64,000 nt of DNA from Paralcaligenes sp. (GTDB lineage: Bacteria; Pseudomonadota; Gammaproteobacteria; Burkholderiales; Burkholderiaceae_B), in the NCBI GenBank assembly GCA_039935015.1, contig JBDTLC010000017.1, forward strand, positions 17,359 to 81,358, read 5' to 3'. The position numbers were made by a program, and so were the translations under genes. This document shows, one piece after another, positions 19,099 through 28,805 of this stretch. Every line of letters starts with the position of its first letter. The first letter of the stretch is position 1. The notes under the pieces are model-generated. The model was not told the DNA's origin, did not search any database, and saw only the letters and a program-made list of their open reading frames with translations.

Positions 19099-19536
19099 CT
19101 AGTGGTAGTAGGAGTGGTACCCCCGCCACCATGATGATTCATCGAGGATTATGGGCCATCTATTTTTATCAAATCCAGGCGAACGCTTAAGGAGTTCCTT
19201 CTCCACCTGAAGCACAACTACTCCTTGCTTCGAATCAAACTTCAGTGCGCTCCAAGGCACGGCAAAGAGCTTTTTCCCCAAGCCAAGAACCCCGCATCCG
19301 AAGGACAGCACCGCGTAACCCACTTGACCGCTAAACGCATCAAACATGATTTCCTTGATTTCGCCCAAGTCTTCGCCCTTGTGATTCTGAACAGCGCCGC
19401 CTACTAGGTTCCTAGTTCCGACCAAGACGGAAGCCCGGTCAGCGTCGATGCTCACAGTGGTCACGTCATCTCGTCTCGCTTCGCCGGCAGTCTCGGCGCG
19501 CAGAGTTTCGTGATTCATATCCATATCCATATCCAT
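19099..19536 (-). CDS. PRC-barrel domain protein
   Basis: GEDLGEIKEIM.D..SGQV.YAVLSFG..LG.G.KLFAVPW.AL; start lies within an (ATGGAT)n repeat. Confidence 0.88.
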   Translation of the reverse strand: MDMDMDMNHETLRAETAGEARRDDVTTVSIDADRASVLVGTRNLVGGAVQNHKGEDLGEIKEIMFDAFSGQVGYAVLSFGCGVLGLGKKLFAVPWSALKFDSKQGVVVLQVEKELLKRSPGFDKNRWPIILDESSWWRGYHSYYH

Positions 19537-19551
19537 ATCCAACTCCAACTC
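19516..19551. repeat. Hexanucleotide repeat (CATATC)4(CAACTC)2
   Basis: Read directly; spans the RBS and start codons of the PRC-barrel gene. Confidence 0.9.
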
Positions 19552-19571
19552 CAATCGTTGACATAAAATCA

Positions 19572-19745
19572 CTACTTGTCTTTCAAATTTTCCTTGAGAT
19601 CGTCACAACTAGATCGGACGGTGCCAACCGTTTTCTGAAGCTTCCCTTTTTCTTCGACTTCCTTATTACCGGCAACCTTGCCGGTGACCCTCTCCATTTG
19701 TCCTTCCACCTGCTCCGCGCGTTCATTGAATTGATCTTTGTTCAT
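19572..19745 (-). CDS. CsbD family general stress protein
   Basis: MNKDQ...EQVEG......GK..GNK..E.KG..QK..G; AAGGAG RBS. Confidence 0.85.
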   Translation of the reverse strand: MNKDQFNERAEQVEGQMERVTGKVAGNKEVEEKGKLQKTVGTVRSSCDDLKENLKDK

Positions 19746-19933
19746 GGCTTTCTCCTTGAAAGCTATTGCCGCAATGCGAACCCGCCGACCATACCAAACT
19801 TCCATCGGGCGGCGCTTCCTCATAATTTCGATAGCGGTTGAATCGGACTAACACCGGCGCTGAAAACACATCTGCTTCTTGCCGCGCGGGTGCTCGGTCG
19901 CCAAAATCCTAGAGCCAACGGCCCGCCAGGAGA

Positions 19934-20905
19934 TCAGGACTGCGGCGCCTTCCAATAAGCATCTATCTTTTTACTCTCCTCGGAAAAATTGCTGTGCTTC
20001 GAGAACTGGCCCTGCTCGACTCGAGGCGCGCCATCCATCGTGCTTTTGTTGGTATCCAGCACCAGCAGATTGCTGTCCGCGGCAAACTTGAAATCGTTCC
20101 AGGGAACCGGCACGTACTTCTCATTGATGCCAAAGACGCCACCACGGCCAATCACCAGATAGGCGATTTTGCCCGTTTTTGGACTCATGATAATGTCGCT
20201 GATGCTACCCAAATCTTTGTTCTGCTGGCTCACGACACTGGTACCGATCAGTTGATCGGACCGGAATGAAGCATCATTGGCCGTCACCGGTCGGGCCGAC
20301 GTGATCTGCTCGCGCTGGCGCATCGACATATTGGTCCTGGGCACGTTGCCATTGTTTAGCTCCGTCTTGTAGGTTGTATAGATATCTCGCGTCGTGGCCA
20401 GCACTACCTCGCATTCTTTCTGCTGGCCACGCCGGGCAAGGATATTGGCCGCGATGACGAGCGTGCGAATCTCATAGCCCGGCCGCGCGCGCCAATAACG
20501 TGTTGAGGCTTCCCTGTTGGGAGCTGCTGTCGGGCCTGCTGTACCTTCTTTTCTGTCGATGGCATGCCCGCTGGCTCCCACGTTGGCGCCGCCCAGCGGC
20601 GTCAGCCCACCGCGCTCGCCCGCATAAGAGGACATAGGGTAGCCATAACCGGCGCCAGCTCCGCCCATCCAGTACCCATCTTTTTGCATTTTTCCGTCAA
20701 ACGCCTGCAAATCGCTCATACATTTCTCTGCTACCTGCACTTTGACCGAAGCCGCCGACGGCTGGGCGCTCGGATCTGGCACCTTTTTGTTGGCCACCGT
20801 AGAATCGGCGGCTAACAGCGGTGCGCTTAGGCCAAAATACAAAGCTGTCATTAATGCTGTAGTGAGAACCGAATACCTTTTGGCTCTATTCGTGTCATGT
20901 TTCAT
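19934..20905 (-). CDS. Exported PRC-barrel domain protein
   Basis: Signal peptide, C-terminal LIG..V.....LG.I.DI......GKIAYLVI.RGG.FG...KYVPVPW. Confidence 0.82.
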   Translation of the reverse strand: MKHDTNRAKRYSVLTTALMTALYFGLSAPLLAADSTVANKKVPDPSAQPSAASVKVQVAEKCMSDLQAFDGKMQKDGYWMGGAGAGYGYPMSSYAGERGGLTPLGGANVGASGHAIDRKEGTAGPTAAPNREASTRYWRARPGYEIRTLVIAANILARRGQQKECEVVLATTRDIYTTYKTELNNGNVPRTNMSMRQREQITSARPVTANDASFRSDQLIGTSVVSQQNKDLGSISDIIMSPKTGKIAYLVIGRGGVFGINEKYVPVPWNDFKFAADSNLLVLDTNKSTMDGAPRVEQGQFSKHSNFSEESKKIDAYWKAPQS

Positions 20906-21066
20906 AGTAAAACTCCAGTGGCCTTGCAGTCCCGAGTGGGATCGACAACGCTTCACGGTTGGAAAAATAACCGGCATCAGTGGAAATAACATTTCACGCA
21001 GAAGCACATAAGCTGTCGTTAGCACCGCCAGATATGCCTAGACTAGCGGCGAACCCACGGACAGTC

Positions 21067-21082
21067 CGTGCGATACCGCACG
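21067..21082. promoter_or_regulatory. Island palindrome site 2, CGTGCGATACCGCACG
   Basis: Minus-strand TAGTCT 21 nt away, facing the exported PRC-barrel gene. Confidence 0.7.
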
Positions 21083-21206
21083 TACACCAGAATAAATGCA
21101 ATAGCCAAGTTGGTGGCGCGTTCCCATCTATGTGCACTATGGGAGGAGCCTAAATACTCAGCCGGGGTGCAGTCGGTCGACTTCCTGCCTTATCGGCATT
21201 GAGTTC

Positions 21207-21974
21207 TCAAAGCCCCGGGCTGCCTTGCATCATGCCCCCGTCGGCAAAAACGGTGGTCGCGGTCAGATAACTAGCGCCATCGCTCGCGAGGAAAGCAACG
21301 AGGCTGGCGATCTCCTCCGGCCGCGCCATGCGACCCAGCGGAATGGCAGCGTCAAGCTTTTTTAGTTGGGCCGGATCATCCATCGTACCGCGGTTGATGG
21401 GCGTGGCAACGGCCCCCGGGCCGACGCCAACCACAAGAATATTGTGCGGCGCGAGTTCGACACCCGCGGTACGTGTCAACATCCGCATCCCGCCCTTCGA
21501 CAGGCAGTATGCAGTATTGCCGGGCATTGGCCAGTCTTCATGTACCGAACTGATGTTAATAATACGACCACCGCGGCCTTGCTTAATCATTTGCTGCGCG
21601 GCAAGCTGGGTACCGAAGAACGCACTTTTAAGATTGCTCGCGAGTACCTTATCGTATTGCTCCTCAGTTGTGTCGAGAATGGACGTGCGCGTCTCGACGC
21701 CGGCATTATTGATCAGAATGTCAACACGCCCGAATTCCTTGACCGCTGCGACGAACAGCTTTTGCAGTTCAGTAAACTGGCTCACATCGGCCTTCACTCC
21801 GATGACGCGAGCACCTAACGCCACAATTTGCTTTTCAAGCGCTTCAGTCGCTTCGGGATGCGCGACGTAATCAACCACAATGTCCGCACCCTGCCGGGCG
21901 AGTTCCAGAGCGATGGCTCGCCCAATGCCACTGTTGCCACCCGTAATAAGAGCGATTTTTCCTTGCAGATTCAT
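21207..21974 (-). CDS. SDR oxidoreductase, glucose 1-dehydrogenase-like
   Basis: TGGNSGIG, NNAG, ISSVHE..P.P, YCLSKGG, PGAV.TPIN. Confidence 0.88.
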   Translation of the reverse strand: MNLQGKIALITGGNSGIGRAIALELARQGADIVVDYVAHPEATEALEKQIVALGARVIGVKADVSQFTELQKLFVAAVKEFGRVDILINNAGVETRTSILDTTEEQYDKVLASNLKSAFFGTQLAAQQMIKQGRGGRIINISSVHEDWPMPGNTAYCLSKGGMRMLTRTAGVELAPHNILVVGVGPGAVATPINRGTMDDPAQLKKLDAAIPLGRMARPEEIASLVAFLASDGASYLTATTVFADGGMMQGSPGL

Positions 21975-22029
21975 GTCTTCTTCTCTCGTGGTTGATATTG
22001 ACGTTCTAACCAGGTTTTGAGCCTTTCCG

Positions 22030-23319
22030 CTACAGTTTTCGGTCGGCACCGGTGATGAGCCGCGCGCCATACTCGGTCGTGAGGTAGGACCATAGCCAAG
22101 ATAGCATCACTATCACACGGTTACGAAACCCGATCAGAAAAAAGATGTGCGCTGCGCCCCACGTGAGCCAGCCGGGCCGTCCACTAAGACGTATCCAGCC
22201 GAAGTCCACGATCGCCGATTTGCGGCCTATAGTGGCGAGATCTCCATAGTTATGATATTGAAAGACTCGTGGTGGCGGTCGTCCGCTGAGGCGACGAATC
22301 AGAAGTCTGCCCACATACGCTCCTTCCTGCTTGGCAGGCGGAGCAATGCCAGGTACCGCTTTCCCGTCTGGACCTATCACCCGTGCGGTGTCGCCGATTA
22401 CAAAAATGTTCTTATCGCCGGGCAAGGATAGGTCCGCTTCGACGTGTACGCGACCGCTCTTGTCGGCTTCAGCGCCCAACCATCTCGCGGCAGGCGAGGC
22501 GGCAACACCTGCAGCCCAGATCAACGTGCGTGCTTCGATGCGTTCCCCTGCGGCAATGATGCCGTCTGCATCGCAGAGTTCGACTTCGGCACCCACCAGT
22601 ACCTTGATACCCAATTGTTCAAGAGAGCGTCGCGCCTTGGTGACCAGCGATTGTGGAAAGGCACGTAGCAGCCGCGGGCTGGCCTCCACCAGTGTGACAC
22701 TCGCCCGCTGACCGTACAGCTTGCGATGCGGCATGGCAAGTTCGACCATGGCTAGTTCTGCGATGGCGCCTGCCATTTCCACGCCAGTTGGACCGCCGCC
22801 GATAACCACGAAACTCAACAGCCGACGGCGTTCGTTCGCGTTCACAGCCACCTCGGCCTTTTCAAACGCTGCCAGGACGCGATGGCGGATAGCGAGGGCG
22901 TCCTCGGCGGACTTCAGGACAGGTGCGAACGGCTCCCATTCGTCGTGGCCGAAATACGTGTGACGCGCACCGGTAGCCACTACCAGATAATCATACGAAA
23001 TACGCTCGCCGAGCTGATTCAAACGGATGCTGCGCGCCTGACGATCAATACCTTGGACACAGTCGAGCCGAACTTGGGTATTGCCTTGATGGCGCAAAAT
23101 CTGGCGGATCGGCATAGCAATGTCGGCGAGCGACAGCGCCGCAGTCGCCACCTGATACAACAGCGGCTGAAACAGATGAAAGTTGCGCTGGTCTATTACG
23201 GTAATCTTGGCGCACGCTCGGCGCAAAGCTTTGGCACAACTCAGGCCTGCGAAGCCGGCACCGATGATGACAATGTGCGGTGTGGTTCCCGCGCCGATCT
23301 GTTGTGGCTCGGTGCTCAT
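22030..23319 (-). CDS. ndh: Type II NADH dehydrogenase (NDH-2)
   Basis: GAGFAG, HLFQPLLYQVAT, GGGPTGVEMAG, WAAG, G.LATIGR. Confidence 0.88.
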   Translation of the reverse strand: MSTEPQQIGAGTTPHIVIIGAGFAGLSCAKALRRACAKITVIDQRNFHLFQPLLYQVATAALSLADIAMPIRQILRHQGNTQVRLDCVQGIDRQARSIRLNQLGERISYDYLVVATGARHTYFGHDEWEPFAPVLKSAEDALAIRHRVLAAFEKAEVAVNANERRRLLSFVVIGGGPTGVEMAGAIAELAMVELAMPHRKLYGQRASVTLVEASPRLLRAFPQSLVTKARRSLEQLGIKVLVGAEVELCDADGIIAAGERIEARTLIWAAGVAASPAARWLGAEADKSGRVHVEADLSLPGDKNIFVIGDTARVIGPDGKAVPGIAPPAKQEGAYVGRLLIRRLSGRPPPRVFQYHNYGDLATIGRKSAIVDFGWIRLSGRPGWLTWGAAHIFFLIGFRNRVIVMLSWLWSYLTTEYGARLITGADRKL

Positions 23320-23409
23320 GATTCGTGAGTATCCATAAATGAGGGCAAATTTGTAAAATTCAGTGTGCGGCGCGTTGCATCTCCAGTGTATGGTTCGGTA
23401 TGCTGATTT

Positions 23410-23631
23410 CTACTTGCTGACGCGGGTCAACGCTTTGCCCGAGTGATAGACTACGTCCGGTTCGCCCGGATGATGATCGTGTTCTTTAATAGAGTACATG
23501 GTGTTCGCGGCGGTGGTGCCTTGCTTGTGAATTCCAGTGACGGTGCCGTGACCGATGGCGCTGCGATAGTGCCAGGTTACAGCGGTACCGGCAGGTATCG
23601 TTTCGAACGGCAATGTCTTCTTGACAGTCAT
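23410..23631 (-). CDS. Small Hva1/TUDOR-like (DUF2945-like) protein
   Basis: G..V.W......G.V....Y.I......H...AL pattern; AGGAGG RBS. Confidence 0.65.
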   Translation of the reverse strand: MTVKKTLPFETIPAGTAVTWHYRSAIGHGTVTGIHKQGTTAANTMYSIKEHDHHPGEPDVVYHSGKALTRVSK

Positions 23632-23785
23632 AATGACCTCCTTCTCTTTGTTGAATCAACGCCAAATGCCGCAGTCGCCAAAACCAGTTGTGGCAGTGCG
23701 TGGCATTTGTTCGCACGACGAAGTAATGACACTGAACGCCTGCGTTAACGTTTATTCTACTATCGCGACTAGACACGTCCTTGTC

Positions 23786-23801
23786 TGTACGCTATCGAAC
23801 A
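23786..23801. promoter_or_regulatory. Island palindrome site 3, TGTACGCTATCGAACA (flanked by GTC/GAC)
   Basis: In divergent intergenic region; minus-strand GATAGT 21 nt away. Confidence 0.75.
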
Positions 23802-23967
23802 GACGGAAACATCAGTGAAAGCGCCTAATCAAAAACCTGCTTGGCCTATGTATGAGTGCCTTTACCGAGCGGTTTGGCGGCCGAACCCAGCAGGTCTCTG
23901 ATGTGAGCGTTAGACACGTAAATTAGTACGACCTCTCGGCACGCAATCAATGTTTCTGGAGGATGAT

Positions 23968-25575
23968 ATGAGCGAAGATAAACCTAAACTGAGCGGCCCT
24001 GACTTCACCCAAGGTGTCGACACTGCGACCGTTCCCGATAGCGGCATGTTGCTCGGTCATGCACAAGGCGAGCCTGTATTGCTAGTCCGACGTGGTGAGA
24101 CGTTTTCCGCCATCGGCGCTATTTGCACACACTATGGCGCTCCGTTGGTGGATGGATTGTTGGTCGACAACACCATTCGTTGCCCTTGGCACCACGCCAG
24201 CTTCTGCCTCGACACCGGCGAGGTGGAATGCGCACCAGCACTGTGTGCGGCACCTGTGTGGCGCGTCGAAGTAGTGAGCGGGGTGACGCTCCCTTCCACT
24301 TCGGCCCAACAAAATGGAACTGCCTTGTACGTGCGCGAAAGGCTGAAACCTGAACGTCCCGATACCACACGTACCACCAACGCACACAACGCACCGCACT
24401 CGATCGTGATTGTCGGCAGTGGCGGCGCGGGAAACGCGGCGGCACTAATGCTGAAACAAGAGGGATACACAGGTGCGATCACGATGCTTAGCGCCGACTC
24501 GTGCCCACCTTATGATCGGCCCAACCTCTCCAAGGGAACACTTGCTGGCACCGGTGACGCAGTGGTCACCGCGCCGTACACACTTGCGTTTTACCGAGAT
24601 TGTGGCATCGACCTGCGTCTGAATGTCCGCGTTACCCGCATAGATACCGCGCAAAGGCGGATTGAGCTCGATGACGGCAGGGTATGCGATTACGACGCCC
24701 TGCTGCTCGCCACGGGCTCTGACCCTGTACATATTGACTTGCCCGGCGCCAATCTACCGCACGTACATTATTTGCGCACTCAGGCCGATTGTGATGCCTT
24801 GATCGCGGACGCGAAGAAGGCCAAACGCGTCGTGGTGATCGGCGCGAGCTTCATTGGGCTGGAAGTCGCCGCATCGCTGCGGGCGCGTAAACTTGACGTT
24901 GACGTGGTCGGGCGTGAAGCAATTCCGATGGAAAAGATACTCGGCGCAAAAGTTGGCAGTTTCATCCGACAGTTACACGAGCAACACGGCGTGACCTTTC
25001 ATTTAGGTGTATCTCCCGTGTCGATTGACGCGGAGGGAGTAACTTTAGATAACGGTAAACGTCTCGGCGCCGATCTTGTCGTGATCGGCGTAGGCGTTAA
25101 ACCGAACATCAGTCTGGCGCAGAAGGCTGGCCTCGCGATCAACGACGGCGTCAATGTAAACGAGTACCTACAAACCAGCCTTCCCGACATATACGCGGTT
25201 GGCGATATCGCGCGCTGGCCAGACCGCTTGACCGGCGACTGCATCCGCGTCGAGCACTGGGCTGTGGCCCAGCGCCAGGGCCAGACGGCCGCACGTAATA
25301 TGCTCGGGCAGCACGAACGTTTCGACGCGGTGCCATTCTTCTGGACAGAACAATACGATTTTGGCCTGGCGTATGTGGGGCACGCATCACCCTTCGACCA
25401 AGTGCAGATCGACGGCGATCTCGAGAAGCGCGACTGCAAGATCAGCTACTCGCGTGATGGCAAGCAACTGGCGGTCGCCGTGATTCACCGCGACCTTGCG
25501 GGTTTGCGAGCGGAAGTCGCGTTCGAGCATGTTATCGCTAGCACTACCGAGTGCGCGCCCGCATCACCTGGCTGA
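23968..25575 (+). CDS. Rieske [2Fe-2S]-FAD reductase fusion (AIF/ferredoxin reductase-like)
   Basis: CTHYG...CPWH Rieske ligands, PYDRPNLSK, GASFIGLE, RVEHW, VPFFW; GGAGG RBS. Confidence 0.9.
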   Translation: MSEDKPKLSGPDFTQGVDTATVPDSGMLLGHAQGEPVLLVRRGETFSAIGAICTHYGAPLVDGLLVDNTIRCPWHHASFCLDTGEVECAPALCAAPVWRVEVVSGVTLPSTSAQQNGTALYVRERLKPERPDTTRTTNAHNAPHSIVIVGSGGAGNAAALMLKQEGYTGAITMLSADSCPPYDRPNLSKGTLAGTGDAVVTAPYTLAFYRDCGIDLRLNVRVTRIDTAQRRIELDDGRVCDYDALLLATGSDPVHIDLPGANLPHVHYLRTQADCDALIADAKKAKRVVVIGASFIGLEVAASLRARKLDVDVVGREAIPMEKILGAKVGSFIRQLHEQHGVTFHLGVSPVSIDAEGVTLDNGKRLGADLVVIGVGVKPNISLAQKAGLAINDGVNVNEYLQTSLPDIYAVGDIARWPDRLTGDCIRVEHWAVAQRQGQTAARNMLGQHERFDAVPFFWTEQYDFGLAYVGHASPFDQVQIDGDLEKRDCKISYSRDGKQLAVAVIHRDLAGLRAEVAFEHVIASTTECAPASPG

Positions 25576-25611
25576 ATCGGTTGCTACGCAAAATCTTGAG
25601 CGGAAAACATC

Positions 25612-27420
25612 ATGATCAATTTTCACCGGAACCTGCAGCCGCGCGAACCGCTTGAGGCGCGCATCAGCACGGCAAGTGACAGCATTGATCAGAGCAACTG
25701 GTTGCCGCCACAACGGGCTCAGATTCCACAAATCCGCATCGGCAAGCGCTGGATCAACGTTTTGTGGATACTGCCCATTGCGTTCGTCGTCCTGGTGCTG
25801 GGCATCGCCGTCTGCCAGGGTTTGTACAACAGTCTGTGGTTTCATCAATTCGTGGCGCATTATCCCGGTATTTCCCGGTCGATGCCAGAGGTTCACAGCG
25901 GCTACCCGTTGTGGCTGCGGGTGGGTCATTTCCTTAACATGTTCTTCATGTTTTTCATCATCCGCTCAGGCATTCAGATACTTGCCGATCATCCACGGCT
26001 TTATTGGAATCGAAATTGCACGCCAGATACAGACTGGTTCCGTTTCCTGCACTCGGTGCCCAAGGATCGGGTGTGGACACGCCACGACGATGGCCACGGC
26101 CATCCTGTCAGGACTTTAAACGTACTCGTTCCCGCCGAACAGGTGTGGACGTCCAAAAGCGACGCAGTAACTATTCCAAAATGGTTGGGCATCCCAGGAA
26201 TTCGCCACACGGTCGGGCCCGCGCGATGGTGGCATTTCTCGGTCAATCTGCTGTGGGTGCTGAATGGCGTGGCGTTTTACGGGCTGCTCTTCGCCACCGA
26301 CCAATGGCAACGGCTGGTGCCCACGACGTGGGCGGTCTTTCCCAACGCGCTGACGGTGCTCGTTCAGTACTGGTCACTGCACTTTCCGGCGGATCATAGC
26401 TGGACACAATTTAACGACCTGCAACTTCTCACCTATTTCATCACGGTGTTCATCGCCGCGCCGATCCAGATATTCACAGGGTTAATGCAGAGCCCCGCGA
26501 TCTCGAACAAGTTCGGCTGGCTGGGACGACCGTTTAACCGACAGCGGGCCAGAACGATTCATTTCTTTGGACTTCTGTGGTTCGTGTTCTTCATCTTGGT
26601 CCACGGAACGTTCGTATTCATAACCGCTGCGCGCTCGAACCTGAACCAGATGTTCGCCGGAGTGCATAACAGCTCCTGGGACGGGCCGTGGATCTTCGCC
26701 CTCGTGGCGGCGGTGCTGATTGCGACCTGGCTCCTCGCATCGCCTTTGACCATCAGGTTCGCGCGCGTAGTCCAAAACGTCGGAAAGATCATGGTCGGCG
26801 GCCTCAAGAGTACGGCGGAAATGTGGAACCCAACAGTTCTGTACACCGAAAAGGATATCTCGCCGCATCACTGGGTCAACGGCACGTTGCCGGCCTCCGA
26901 CGAGTTCAAGACGCTCGAGCAAGACGGGTTCGTGAACTACAAGTTGCGCGTCGACGGCCTGGTCGAGACCCCGCAGGAGTTTTCCTACGCTGAGCTGAAG
27001 GCAATGCCCAAACAAGAGCAGATCACTGAGCACTTCTGCATACAGGGATGGTCGGGCGTCGCCAAATGGGGTGGAGTCCCAATGCGCCACATTCTCGACA
27101 CTGTCAAACCGACCTCGGAGGCCCGATACGTGGTCTTTTATTCGTTTGGAGAGGGCCTCGATAAGGGCATCTACTACGACGTCCACAACATGCGCAACAT
27201 GCGACACAAGCTGACCATCCTCGCCTACGAAATGAATGGCTCGCCCCTGCCGCTGATACACGGGGCGCCTCTTCGATTACGCTGCGAAAACGAATTGGGC
27301 TTCAAAATGGTCAAGTGGATTCAGGCGATCGAGTTCGTGCATGACTACAAGCAATTGGGCGCCGGCCAAGGCGGCTACAGCGAAGACCATGAGTTCTTCG
27401 GAAACAGAATGTCAATTTGA
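25612..27420 (+). CDS. Cytochrome b membrane domain fused to sulfite-oxidase-family molybdopterin domain
   Basis: TM His residues (GHFLN, WHF, IHF, VHG), Mo-ligating HFCIQGWS, LAYEMNG..L...HGAPLRL..E..LGFKMVKWI. Confidence 0.85.
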   Translation: MINFHRNLQPREPLEARISTASDSIDQSNWLPPQRAQIPQIRIGKRWINVLWILPIAFVVLVLGIAVCQGLYNSLWFHQFVAHYPGISRSMPEVHSGYPLWLRVGHFLNMFFMFFIIRSGIQILADHPRLYWNRNCTPDTDWFRFLHSVPKDRVWTRHDDGHGHPVRTLNVLVPAEQVWTSKSDAVTIPKWLGIPGIRHTVGPARWWHFSVNLLWVLNGVAFYGLLFATDQWQRLVPTTWAVFPNALTVLVQYWSLHFPADHSWTQFNDLQLLTYFITVFIAAPIQIFTGLMQSPAISNKFGWLGRPFNRQRARTIHFFGLLWFVFFILVHGTFVFITAARSNLNQMFAGVHNSSWDGPWIFALVAAVLIATWLLASPLTIRFARVVQNVGKIMVGGLKSTAEMWNPTVLYTEKDISPHHWVNGTLPASDEFKTLEQDGFVNYKLRVDGLVETPQEFSYAELKAMPKQEQITEHFCIQGWSGVAKWGGVPMRHILDTVKPTSEARYVVFYSFGEGLDKGIYYDVHNMRNMRHKLTILAYEMNGSPLPLIHGAPLRLRCENELGFKMVKWIQAIEFVHDYKQLGAGQGGYSEDHEFFGNRMSI

Positions 27421-27476
27421 ACGGCCAGCGCCAAGCACGGCGGCCGGACGATAGAACGTCCTATGCCCTGGCACGT

Positions 27477-28805
27477 TCATTTCAGCCAGCCTCCACTGAA
27501 TCCCGCGCGCAGGAGGCCTTGGCGGATAAATGGGCATTCGCGCATAAGACGCCAGACAAATTCGCTGCGATAGTTCTCTATCATCAAGACGATCGGACCC
27601 TGATTCAGGCTGTAACGCGACGACGACAACCAGCCCACCCCTTTTCCGTCTTTTTTTAGCGTCGGGTTGAACGACGAATAAAATCCGAATGAACTGTTTG
27701 TGTCGTAGGTTCTGGTCGCCAGATACCGCGTTGTAGGCAATACCAGTTCGGGCGCGAACGGCAGTGAAGCAATAGCGGCCCATGGAGAAACCGTGCCGTC
27801 GTCGGGGCCATACGGTGCGCCGCGAGCACGATAGCCGAAGAATTTCCGCTCCCGCCCGTGTATTCGCCGAACCAAAGGTCCTGGACCGTTACTGGCCGTC
27901 AACCCCCAGCAACTGCCGTGGTAACTGTCAAAATGATGCGGATTGCGTCGTGCGTACTCCCGGTGTACGCAAGTCGCGCGTCGACTATTCTCGAAATAAT
28001 CCAGACCTTTCTCTGCCATATAAGCATCACGTAGGTCACGGAAATCAATCCATATATGTGAAAACTGGTGAATGAAAAGCGGCCCGGCGTAAACGTATGA
28101 ATAGCCGTAAACCTTTTTCCAGCGATACCCCGACAACCACGCAGAATACGCGTGCGGATCGACCGCATGAGTGGGTGAACCCAGTGCCAGCACATACAGC
28201 ACCAACGCCTCGCAATAGCCGATCCATCGATAGCGTGAAAAGCCCTTCTCGGGCGTCCAAGCCAGCGCCAGCGCTGCTCCTCCATTCTGCATCCAGCGCC
28301 AGTCGACGCGGCTGTATATTGCCAAGGCCCGTCGCCTGACCTCTTCTTCCTTCGCGTCGACACCGTCGAAATAACGCGCGGAAAACAGTATCCCTGCAAG
28401 AAGAAGTGCCGTGTCGATGACTGAAAGCTCGCAATCGTTCACCCGCTCGCCGCTGACCATGTCCAAGAAATGGAAGAAGAACCCTTTGTGGCCAATGCGA
28501 CGCGGTGTGTCGCCCTTCTCGGTCGTGTCGAAAAAACGCAAGGCGGCAAGCGTAAGTGCCAGTGCCTCACCGCGACTGATCCAGCCGCGCTCAACGGCAA
28601 CCGGGTAGGAGGACAAGGCGAAGCCTACCGCAGCGGTGCTGCAAGCGCTGCCCTCCTTGTTGGAATCGGGAACTAAACCGTTCTCGCGACACGCGAAAAT
28701 ATGAAAAAAATGGAACGAATCATATTGAATTTTCTCCAAAAGATCTTCGTCGCTGCAAGCATCCAGCGTGTTGTCTAGCGATGGTGAAAGTGAGTTCTTG
28801 TTCAC
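27477..28805 (-). CDS. Glucoamylase-family/DUF3131 glycoside hydrolase (GH144-like, beta-1,2-glucanase type)
   Basis: S.AAVGF, ERGWI.R, GFFFHFLD, ELS.IDT, PLFIHQFSH.W.DFR, WGLTA, DGT..P, QGPI..MIENYR. Confidence 0.82.
   Translation of the reverse strand: MNKNSLSPSLDNTLDACSDEDLLEKIQYDSFHFFHIFACRENGLVPDSNKEGSACSTAAVGFALSSYPVAVERGWISRGEALALTLAALRFFDTTEKGDTPRRIGHKGFFFHFLDMVSGERVNDCELSVIDTALLLAGILFSARYFDGVDAKEEEVRRRALAIYSRVDWRWMQNGGAALALAWTPEKGFSRYRWIGYCEALVLYVLALGSPTHAVDPHAYSAWLSGYRWKKVYGYSYVYAGPLFIHQFSHIWIDFRDLRDAYMAEKGLDYFENSRRATCVHREYARRNPHHFDSYHGSCWGLTASNGPGPLVRRIHGRERKFFGYRARGAPYGPDDGTVSPWAAIASLPFAPELVLPTTRYLATRTYDTNSSFGFYSSFNPTLKKDGKGVGWLSSSRYSLNQGPIVLMIENYRSEFVWRLMRECPFIRQGLLRAGFSGGWLK

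Noticed and set aside
26482-27261. Long antisense ORFs (e.g. 26482-27261, 30502-31146, 35602-36177)
   Set aside because: Shadow frames of well-supported genes in GC-rich DNA with no recognisable motifs
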